Of a stretch of DNA of 64,000 bases, positions 41,433-49,008 are shown piece after piece (position 1 is the first letter of the stretch; each line of letters begins with the position of its first letter). The notes under the pieces are model-generated. The model made no database searches, was not told the DNA's origin, and saw nothing but the letters and a program-made list of their open reading frames with translations. The position numbers and the translations under genes were made by a program. Where the stretch lies: positions 1,201,085-1,265,084 of the forward strand of contig OY764083.1 in the NCBI GenBank assembly GCA_963668095.1, written 5' to 3'. The DNA is from Acidobacteriota bacterium (GTDB lineage: Bacteria; Acidobacteriota; UBA6911; RPQK01; JAJDTT01).

Positions 41433-41730
41433 GTCGATTATTGGTGACCTCCATCGCCTCGATCCCCTTCCTTGCTTCCGCAAGCCGCCGCTGAGCCTCG
41501 GGGGCAGCGCACGCCCCCGAATTTCTCACCCAATCCCTGAGTGTCTGAAGAAAACGTCAGTTTTTTCAGGCACTTACGGCTATTTGGCGGCAGCTCCCCG
41601 GCGACAGCCAGCACTGGGCGCACCCTCGCCGGTCTTTTCGCCCTCAGCGTGCACGTGCTCGCTCGAACGTAGCAGCCGCCGAGGAGGAAAATCCTGCGCG
41701 ATCATCGCGCCCACTGGTGAGAGATTCGGA

Positions 41731-42285
41731 CTACAGCTTCCGGATGGAGTCGCCGACGCGGACCTGTCCGGCCTCCACTACGAAGACGTAGCATCCGCGC
41801 AGACGGAGGTCCTTCGTACCGGGTCCGTTGACGAATTTCAGGGCGTCGACGCCGTAACGGCTCGAGAATTTCTTGCAGCCCGTGTGCGGCAACTCCGAGA
41901 CCTCCACCAACGCCTCGCCGATCCGGAACCGGGTGCCGACGGGGAGATTCTCAGCGGTGAGGTTCATATCCACCGCCAGATTGTCTCCCGACAGGGACCA
42001 GCGATCGCGGCTTCCGGCGATCAGGGAGAGCAGGCGCGAGTTGATGAGGGTCAACTGCACCTTGGGATCGGAGCTGCCGTCGGGAAGCTTGCGCCAGCAG
42101 GTCTCTTGCCAGCGGTCCCCCTCCAAGCCGCCCTCGGGTGAGAGCCGGGCCTCGTTTTTGGACTTCCGGACGTTGGTGGCCGGACAGGCGGTGATGGCCT
42201 CCACCCGTCCTTCATGGCGGGGAGAAGCCAGAATGGAATCCAGCGCCTCCTCCAGTTGGTCCAGAGAGATGAATCGTTGCGTCAT
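41731..42285 (-). CDS. MOSC domain-containing protein
   Basis: FRIGEALVEVSELPHTGCKKF…LRLRGCYVFVVEAGQVRVGDSI matches the MOSC beta-barrel with its conserved Cys. ORF maximum is 42306. Confidence 0.7.
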   Translation of the reverse strand: MTQRFISLDQLEEALDSILASPRHEGRVEAITACPATNVRKSKNEARLSPEGGLEGDRWQETCWRKLPDGSSDPKVQLTLINSRLLSLIAGSRDRWSLSGDNLAVDMNLTAENLPVGTRFRIGEALVEVSELPHTGCKKFSSRYGVDALKFVNGPGTKDLRLRGCYVFVVEAGQVRVGDSIRKL

Positions 42286-42357
42286 CGATTTCCTCCGCTC
42301 CGCCACCGACCGGTTCAGGTCCGCCCGGAAAGGGCTGAATGCAGTGCCAAGGCGGCG

Positions 42358-43866
42358 TTATTGGATCTGGAAGGAGTAGAGCCGGGCGCGGCTGTAGACG
42401 AACTTCAGCCGGACCGGACCCGTCACACTACTCAGGTCGCCCCCTTCCCAACTCACCGTCCGGTAGACGCCCTCTTCCTCGCTCAACTTCGAATCCGCGG
42501 CGGCGTATCCCGGAATCGTTTGGCCGTTCCGGTCCTGCAGCTCGACCCGCAGGTAGCCATTGTTGTCCGGATCGTCGTTGAAGATGTCCTTCCACGGCGC
42601 GTCCGCTCCCCCCTTGCCCCCGGACAGCAATTCCACGTTGACTCTCAGGGTGCTCCCCTCGAAGCGGAGCGGGTGCGTGGTGACATGACCCTCGGCGGTG
42701 GCGTCCAGGGCGGCCCAGCCGTCCTGCCGGATCTTCATCAATCCGATCTGTCCCTTGTGTTCGGCCGCGGGGGCATTGTGGAGATTGTCGAACCCGGAGT
42801 AGTAGATCCAGACCTCTCCGTCGTGGACCACGGGCGTCGAGATGGGGAACACCATCCCGCTGTCGAAGCTGCTTCCGCCGTAGCCGTTGACCTGGTAGCC
42901 CAGGACGATGAAGGGCCGGCGGTAAACGGACCGCTCCCAGTTCACGCCGTCCCGGCTCGAAGCCAACTGGGCGTCCATGGTCTGGATGTCGGTATGGAAG
43001 ACCCAGATCAACCCCAGATAGTGAGAGCCGTAGGGAAAGGCCGAGACTCCGTAGAACTCGGTGTGGGGCGGGTCGAACTCGTCCGGCTCCAGGACGAAGC
43101 GGCTGTCGCGCCAATGGATGAAATCGTCGCTCACCAGCCGCGAGACCTTGCGCGGTCCGCCGGGACTGGTCTTGTGGTAGAGCCAGTACTGTTTCGTCCC
43201 GGGATCCCGCATCAGGCCGAAGGTGTCGCCGCTGCCCCAGATGGGCACCACCGGATTCTTCTCGTAATCGGTCCAATTCAGACCGTCGGGCGAGAAGGCG
43301 ACCCAGATGCCGTGCCGAGGCCGGTCATGGTGCTGCCAGTAGGCCATTTTGTAACGGCGGTTGGGGTCGGGGTCGTCGGGCTCCTTGAGGACCACGTGGT
43401 TCCAACTGACCCAATCGAGGACGATGTTGTTGGCCTTGGAACCGCGGAACTCCACGATGCCCAGCTCGGGCTTCTCCCAGTGGATCCCGTCCTTGGAGGT
43501 GGCGTAGCAGAGGAATTCGCGAACGTCGGTGTTCCTCGATTTGCCGAAGGTGTTGTACCACAGCTTGAAGACCTGCTCTTCTTCGTCGTAGATCGCGCTT
43601 CCCGGCTGCAGCACCAGGTAGCCTTCCCAGGGACGGTCCGGCTTGATGATGGGGTTTTCGGCGACTTTCCGGGGCCGGGTGTTATAGGCCCCGGTCAGGG
43701 AGCGCCAGACCCGGTCGCTGTCGGCGATCAGGTGGTCGTCCACGAAGAGCTGCACCCTGGAGTCGATCTCCCGAACCGGGTTCGGCTCGGCCGATGAACC
43801 TGGCTGGCACGACGGTAGCAGGAGCAAGGTAAGCCCCAAGAGCAGCAAACGCTGGGGATTCCGCAT
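42358..43866 (-). CDS. secreted Asp-box beta-propeller protein, paralog family member 4 (divergent)
   Basis: Signal peptide. DSRVQLFVDDHLIADSD, SKDGIHWEKPELGIVEFRGSKANNIVLD, SPDGLNWTDYEKNPVV, C-terminal …LKFVYSRARLYSFQIQ. Confidence 0.6.
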   Translation of the reverse strand: MRNPQRLLLLGLTLLLLPSCQPGSSAEPNPVREIDSRVQLFVDDHLIADSDRVWRSLTGAYNTRPRKVAENPIIKPDRPWEGYLVLQPGSAIYDEEEQVFKLWYNTFGKSRNTDVREFLCYATSKDGIHWEKPELGIVEFRGSKANNIVLDWVSWNHVVLKEPDDPDPNRRYKMAYWQHHDRPRHGIWVAFSPDGLNWTDYEKNPVVPIWGSGDTFGLMRDPGTKQYWLYHKTSPGGPRKVSRLVSDDFIHWRDSRFVLEPDEFDPPHTEFYGVSAFPYGSHYLGLIWVFHTDIQTMDAQLASSRDGVNWERSVYRRPFIVLGYQVNGYGGSSFDSGMVFPISTPVVHDGEVWIYYSGFDNLHNAPAAEHKGQIGLMKIRQDGWAALDATAEGHVTTHPLRFEGSTLRVNVELLSGGKGGADAPWKDIFNDDPDNNGYLRVELQDRNGQTIPGYAAADSKLSEEEGVYRTVSWEGGDLSSVTGPVRLKFVYSRARLYSFQIQ

Positions 43867-44142
43867 AAAACACCCTCCTCAAGGTTCTCGGTTTCCGCCC
43901 GAATTCTTGGGTCCGACCCAGTAAAAGTCAAGGAATGGAGCGGCGGTTTCCAGCCGCCGACCAGGAGAGGTTGGGGGGGACGGCAGTCCCCCCTCCGCAT
44001 CGTGTCTTCGAGAGGGCGACTAGAAATCGCTCCAAGGCACCCTCACATTTTCCTTCGAAACGATAGATGTAGAGGTGTTCGGCGACGGGGTCATGGTCTA
44101 GCATAGGCCCTTCGACCCACGCGGAGCGGATACGAAGAGCAG

Positions 44143-45408
44143 ATGACAAGCGAGGCACCGAACCCCGAGGCGGTCACCCGGGACATGGACCGGCACAACT
44201 CCTGGGTCTTCGCCATCTCGCATCTCCTGATCTATTTCGCCTCGCCCGTGGTCTACGTGGGGATCGTTCAGGCGGCTCTGTGCGACAAGCTGGGCGCCAG
44301 CGCCACGGTGGCCAACCTTCCCAATTCCGCCTACTTCCTGGGATTCTTCTTTCCGGTCATCCTCTCCTGGACCCTGGCCTACCGCTTCGAACGGACCGTG
44401 GTGGTGGCGGCCAACCTGGTGACCTCCTCTTCCCTGATCCTGGTGGCGCTGTCTCTGTTCCTTCCGGTGGCGGACTCGGTCCGCCTGGGGGTGGTCATCG
44501 GTCAGGGGCTGGTCCTGGGGCTGGCGGACTCCTCCTCCATCGTCTACATGTACCAGTGCCTGAAGCGGGGCACGAGCCTGAAGGGCCGGGCCCGCTGCCT
44601 GAAATGGACCTTCGCCTTCACGCCCATCCTGGCGGTGGTGGGGAACCTGCTGGCCCAGTTCATCCTGGACGGGGGGATTCCTTTCCTCTCCCATCCCCAA
44701 GACTTCGGACTTCTCTACCTGATGGCGGCCGCCTGCACGGGAGGCGTCGCCTTCCTGGCCACGCGTTTCCGCCTGGCGGATATCCGGGAGAAGAAACCTC
44801 CGTTCGCCGAGACCATGAGAACCACGTTCCGGTCCTATCTCCAGGTGCGGACGCTCTTCCTGATCTGGATCGCTTACCTGCTCCTGTTCCTGGCCTGGAA
44901 TTCCACCACCAACCTCTCCCTCTACAGCCGGGAGGCCCTGGGAGCCGATCCCAAGGACTACGCCGGCTACATGAACGCCCTCCGCTTCGGATTCAAGGCC
45001 GTCACCGGTTTCGCTCTGGGCGTGATCATGATCCGTTGGGGGATCCGGGCGCCCTTGGTGACGACGGTTCTGCTGACGGCCGCAGGGATCCTTTGGGCCT
45101 GGGTGGTCCCGGGCCACGCCTTCCTGATGGCCTTCGCCTTCATGGGCGGTGGCGAGTTGGCGGGCGCCTACTTTCCCAACTATGTCATCAGCGTCTCCGC
45201 CGCGGCCGCGGCGGCCCGGAACAACGCTTTCCTTTCATTGGTGCTTCCCGTCAGTTCCTTCGCGCCGGCGCTCCACGGCGCCCTCGCCGACGCCTTCGGC
45301 TTTCCCGCCAGCTTCGGTTTCGGTTTGGCCATGGCGGCCCTGGCGCTGACGCTGGTGTTGTGCTTGCCGAAGCAGGCGGAGACAATCGCTGCCAAAGCTC
45401 ATGACTGA
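44143..45408 (+). CDS. MFS transporter
   Basis: About 12 predicted TM helices and MFS-like loop motifs. First gene of a plus-strand four-gene cassette. Confidence 0.7.
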   Translation: MTSEAPNPEAVTRDMDRHNSWVFAISHLLIYFASPVVYVGIVQAALCDKLGASATVANLPNSAYFLGFFFPVILSWTLAYRFERTVVVAANLVTSSSLILVALSLFLPVADSVRLGVVIGQGLVLGLADSSSIVYMYQCLKRGTSLKGRARCLKWTFAFTPILAVVGNLLAQFILDGGIPFLSHPQDFGLLYLMAAACTGGVAFLATRFRLADIREKKPPFAETMRTTFRSYLQVRTLFLIWIAYLLLFLAWNSTTNLSLYSREALGADPKDYAGYMNALRFGFKAVTGFALGVIMIRWGIRAPLVTTVLLTAAGILWAWVVPGHAFLMAFAFMGGGELAGAYFPNYVISVSAAAAAARNNAFLSLVLPVSSFAPALHGALADAFGFPASFGFGLAMAALALTLVLCLPKQAETIAAKAHD

Positions 45409-46171
45409 TCAGGCCACGCGCATCGGAATCCTCTATCCGTTCCATTCAGCCGAAGACGACTACCCTCGCATGGCCCCCTTGGTCCGTCCCGAGCTGTGTA
45501 TGGAGGTCGTGCACACCACCATTGCGGAGGACGCCCACCGCGAGGACGCCTGCCTGGCCACGGGAGACGTTAAGCGGCTTCTGGAGGGCGCGCGGGAATT
45601 GGCTCCCAAGAAGGTGGACGCCGCCATGTGGGCCTGCACCAGCGGCAGTTTCGTCTACGGATTGGAAGGGGCCGGCGATCAGGTCCGGCCGGTGGCCGAC
45701 TTCCTGGGAGTCCCGGTCTCCAGCACTTCCCTGGCCTTCGTCTCGGCCCTTCATTTTCTGGGCATACGGCGCGTGGCGGTGGCCGCCAGCTATCCCCGGG
45801 ACGTGACCCTGCTGCTGAAACGATTCCTAGCCGATGCCGGTGTCGAGACGGTCTATCTGGATTGTCTGGGCATCGTCACGGGGGTGGAAGTGGCCCTGTT
45901 GAACCAGAAACAGGTGACCCGTTTCGTCGCCAGCAACGATCACGCCGATGCGGAAGCCATCGTGGTTCCGGATACGGCCATGCACTCGGCCGGCTGGGTC
46001 GCCGGCCTGGAGGAAGCGGTCGGTGGCAAGCCGGTCCTGACGGCGAACCAGGTGACGCTCTGGCAGGCGCTTCAACTCGTCGGTGGAGGATCTTTCCAAG
46101 TGGACGAGTCCATGGGTTCGCTGTTCCGAGCCGGATCCGCCCAACCGCCCTCGAGCAGCGGCGGAGATTGA
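45401..46171 (+). CDS. Asp/Glu/hydantoin racemase superfamily protein (maleate isomerase / arylmalonate decarboxylase-like)
   Basis: IGILYPFHSAEDDYP…AAMWACTSGSF…VAVAASYP. The two Cys/Ser-containing half-site pattern is typical of this superfamily. ATG overlaps the MFS stop (ATGA). Confidence 0.55.
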   Translation: MTDQATRIGILYPFHSAEDDYPRMAPLVRPELCMEVVHTTIAEDAHREDACLATGDVKRLLEGARELAPKKVDAAMWACTSGSFVYGLEGAGDQVRPVADFLGVPVSSTSLAFVSALHFLGIRRVAVAASYPRDVTLLLKRFLADAGVETVYLDCLGIVTGVEVALLNQKQVTRFVASNDHADAEAIVVPDTAMHSAGWVAGLEEAVGGKPVLTANQVTLWQALQLVGGGSFQVDESMGSLFRAGSAQPPSSSGGD

Positions 46172-46198
46172 TTCCGCACCCCGAAGGAGACGACGCAC

Positions 46199-47362
46199 AT
46201 GCCGATTCCCCGAGAGCCCGCCTTCGACGTCGCCGAGTACCGGCGCCGCCTGGAACGGGTCCACAAATCCATGGCATCGCGATCCCTGGACGTTCTGGTC
46301 CTGTTCAGTCCCCACAACGTCTTCTACCTCTCGGGGATGGACACGGAGAACCTCTCCGACTACCAGTGCCTTCTGGTCCCGGCTGGCGGCGATCCGATTT
46401 TGGTCACGTCCCATTTCGAAGAGGCCCGGGCCGCGAACTCCTGCTGGCACCGGGGTCCGGTGTTCTACGGACCGTTCGAAGACCCGCTTCAAGTCACTCT
46501 GGACGCGGTGCACCGGTTGAAGGTCCGGAAACTGGGCCTGGAGCGGCGTAACCGGGCGGTTTCACCAGACCACTACGGGCGTTTGGCAGGGGAATTGTCC
46601 GACTTGCGGGTCGAGGATCCCTTCGGCGTGGTGGAACAGACCCGGCTGGTCAAGTCGCCGTCCGAGATCGCCTGCATGCGCCGGGCCGCCATCCTCACCG
46701 ATCTGGGGGTGGAGGCGGCCTACGCCGCCATGCAGGAGGGCCATCGGGATTCGGACGTGGCCGCGGCCATCATGGAGGCCATGTACGGGAACGGCAGCGA
46801 CACCGTCTGCTGGGGGCCCATCGTGGCCGCCGGCTACCGGGCGGGCAGCGCCCACAGCACCTTCATGGGACTGCCGCTGCGGTGCGGGCAAACCGTCTTC
46901 CTCGAGGTGACGGCCCAGGTGCGGCGTTACGTGGCGCCCCTCATGCGCACCGCGGTTCTGGGACCGCCGTCGGACGATATGAAACGCGTGGAGGCGGCCG
47001 GCCGCGCGGCGCTCGCCTGCATACGGGAGGAGGCGCGCCCCGGCGTCGAAGCCGCTCACGTAGCCCGAACGGCCCTGGCGATCCTGGAACCGATCCTTCC
47101 CGGCCACGTCTTCCACTACAACTTCGGCTATCCGGTCGGAGTCGGTTATCCGCCAAGCTGGATCGAAGAACTGGACTTTCTTATGCGCACCGACAATCCG
47201 AGGCCGCTGGAAGCCGGCATGACCTTTCACCTCCCCATGTCGGTCCGCAAGTACGGCGAATACGGTGTGAATCTGAGTCAAACCATCCTGATCGGAGAGG
47301 ACGAGACCGAGGCCCTGGCCCGGACTCCGGCACGGCTGCACCAAGTCAGATTCGGAAACTAG
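46199..47362 (+). CDS. M24 family metallopeptidase (creatinase / Xaa-Pro dipeptidase / ectoine-hydrolase-like)
   Basis: N-terminal creatinase-like domain (LDVLVLFSPHNVFYLSG) and a C-terminal pita-bread fold with metal ligands (…GHVFHYNFGYPVG…). Confidence 0.75.
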   Translation: MPIPREPAFDVAEYRRRLERVHKSMASRSLDVLVLFSPHNVFYLSGMDTENLSDYQCLLVPAGGDPILVTSHFEEARAANSCWHRGPVFYGPFEDPLQVTLDAVHRLKVRKLGLERRNRAVSPDHYGRLAGELSDLRVEDPFGVVEQTRLVKSPSEIACMRRAAILTDLGVEAAYAAMQEGHRDSDVAAAIMEAMYGNGSDTVCWGPIVAAGYRAGSAHSTFMGLPLRCGQTVFLEVTAQVRRYVAPLMRTAVLGPPSDDMKRVEAAGRAALACIREEARPGVEAAHVARTALAILEPILPGHVFHYNFGYPVGVGYPPSWIEELDFLMRTDNPRPLEAGMTFHLPMSVRKYGEYGVNLSQTILIGEDETEALARTPARLHQVRFGN

Positions 47363-47438
47363 AAGCTAAGGATCCGGGACTCGGCGGCTGGAGACTGCCA
47401 GAACCAAACCAAGAATCACCACAACCGGAGAAAAAAGC

Positions 47439-48500
47439 ATGATCGAATCGCTTCGAGGCAAGATTCAGACGGTGACCGGTCCCATCGAACCGGAGGACCT
47501 GGGGGTGACCCTGATTCACGAGCACCTCTATTTCGACCTGACCTGCTACTACGTGGATCCCCAGGATGAGAAGGGAAAACGCCTGACGGACCAGGAACTG
47601 AGCCTGTCGACTCTGGGTTGGGTCCGGAACAACACCATGAGTTCCCTGCCCAACCTCCGGTCCTACGACGATGACGTCATCGCCTCGGAGGTCGAGCTCT
47701 ACATGGACCTGGGCGGACGCGCCATGGTGGACTGCACCATCAACGGCATCGAACCCAATCCGGCCGGTCTCAGGAGGATCTCCGAGAGAACCGGATTGCA
47801 CGTGATCGCCGGGAGCGGATACTACATCTATCCCTCCCATCCCCCCGACATGGACTCCAAGACCATCGAGGACATCCAGGAAGAGATCGTTGGCGACCTC
47901 ACCCGGGGAGGCCACGGGACCGACGTCCTCTCGGGCCTCATCGGCGAACTGGGAGCCTCCTGGCCCTTGCACCCCAACGAGGAGAAGACCTTCCGGGCGG
48001 GAGCCCGGGCGCACCTGGAGACCGGCGCCCCCATCTCGGTCCACCCCGGACACGACCCCGACTCTCCCCTCTCCCTCATCGAGCTGCTGAAGGAAGAGGG
48101 TGTGCAACCCGACCGCGTCATCATGAGCCACGTCGAGAACCGCTTTCGCGAGGACCTGGACCGCTACAAGCGCCTGGCCGACACCGGTTGCACGCTGGGA
48201 TTCGACACTTACGGACGGGACATGTACTTCGCCGGAGCCGGCCGCCAGCACCCGCCCGACGACCTCCGAAACCACATCATCGCCACCCTGGTGGCCGACG
48301 GCTACGTCGAGTCGGTCACGGCGGCTCAGGACTGCTGCTTCCAATGCGACCTGGTCACCTACGGGGGGAACGGCTACGGGCACATCCTGGAAAACATCGT
48401 TCCCCGCCTGAAGAACCTGGGCGTGAGCGAGAAGGCCCTCCACCAAATCTTCGTGGAGAACCCCAAGCGGGTCCTGATGTTCCGCGACCCCGCAAGTTAA
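47439..48500 (+). CDS. phosphotriesterase-family (PTE/Php-like) amidohydrolase, lactonase-like
   Basis: GPIEPEDLGVTLIHEHL N-terminal metal-binding His pair, ~350 aa, TIM-barrel hydrolase pattern. GGAGAAAAAAGC RBS before the ATG. Confidence 0.8.
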   Translation: MIESLRGKIQTVTGPIEPEDLGVTLIHEHLYFDLTCYYVDPQDEKGKRLTDQELSLSTLGWVRNNTMSSLPNLRSYDDDVIASEVELYMDLGGRAMVDCTINGIEPNPAGLRRISERTGLHVIAGSGYYIYPSHPPDMDSKTIEDIQEEIVGDLTRGGHGTDVLSGLIGELGASWPLHPNEEKTFRAGARAHLETGAPISVHPGHDPDSPLSLIELLKEEGVQPDRVIMSHVENRFREDLDRYKRLADTGCTLGFDTYGRDMYFAGAGRQHPPDDLRNHIIATLVADGYVESVTAAQDCCFQCDLVTYGGNGYGHILENIVPRLKNLGVSEKALHQIFVENPKRVLMFRDPAS

Positions 48501-48507
48501 GGAGCAG

Positions 48508-49008
48508 GAGCGGCGGCATCCCTGCCGCCGACAGGGGGGCCTTGGGGGGACGGAGTCCCCACTCCACACCCCCTCCCTTCTCCAAAAAAAGAGGGCGCCC
48601 ACCCGGGACGCCCCCATTTTCATCGACCGCACCGCCGGTCAAATCCCCGCGACCTCTATTGCGTGGCCCCAGCCTCGGTGAGAATCTTCACGATGTTGCT
48701 GTATCCCTGCTGAACCGCCAGCTTCAACGCGCTCCGGCCATCGTTCCCCTTGACGTTGGGAGCGGCGGCATCCCTGCCGCCGACAGGGGGGCCTTGGGGG
48801 GACGGAGTCCCCACTCCACACCCCCTCCCCTTCTCCAAAAAAAGAGGGCGCCCACCCGGGACGCCCCCATTTTCATCGACCGCACCGCCGGTCAAATCCC
48901 CGCGACCTCTATTGCGTGGCCCCAGCCTCGGTGAGAATCTTCACGATGTTGCTGTATCCCTGCTGAACCGCCAGCTTCAACGCGCTCCGGCCATCGTTCC
49001 CCTTGACG
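48508..49008. repeat. tandem direct duplication, 2 copies of ~250 bp (copy 1 ~48508-48755, copy 2 ~48760-49008)
   Basis: The two copies are near-identical by eye, differing by a single inserted C. Each holds hairpins GGCGGCATCCCTGCCGCC and GGGGACGGAGTCCCC, a terminator-like GGGCGCCCACCCGGGACGCCC + T7 (minus-strand sense), and the last ~100 nt of the ankyrin gene. Copy 1 therefore carries a 3' gene-fragment copy (ORF 48656..48895). Confidence 0.85.
48833..48875 (-). terminator. rho-independent terminator of the ankyrin-repeat gene (duplicated again at ~48578-48620)
   Basis: Minus-strand sense GGGGGCGTCCCGGGTGGGCGCCCTCTTTTTTTGG: GC stem followed by a T7 run, ~35 nt downstream of the stop at 48909. 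Confidence 0.55.

Noticed and set aside
42214-43797. 527-aa ORF on + strand
   Set aside because: Antisense to paralog 4 of the secreted propeller family, which has conserved blocks. Low-complexity translation.
44098-45117. 339-aa ORF on - strand
   Set aside because: Antisense to the MFS transporter gene, which has 12 clear hydrophobic helices. The translation is His/Gly/Arg-rich.
48508-49008. Possible CRISPR array or IS end at the 250-bp tandem repeat
   Set aside because: Only two copies. Units are ~250 bp with no spacer structure, contain a gene 3' end and terminator hairpins, and there are no cas or transposase genes nearby. Interpreted as a segmental tandem duplication.
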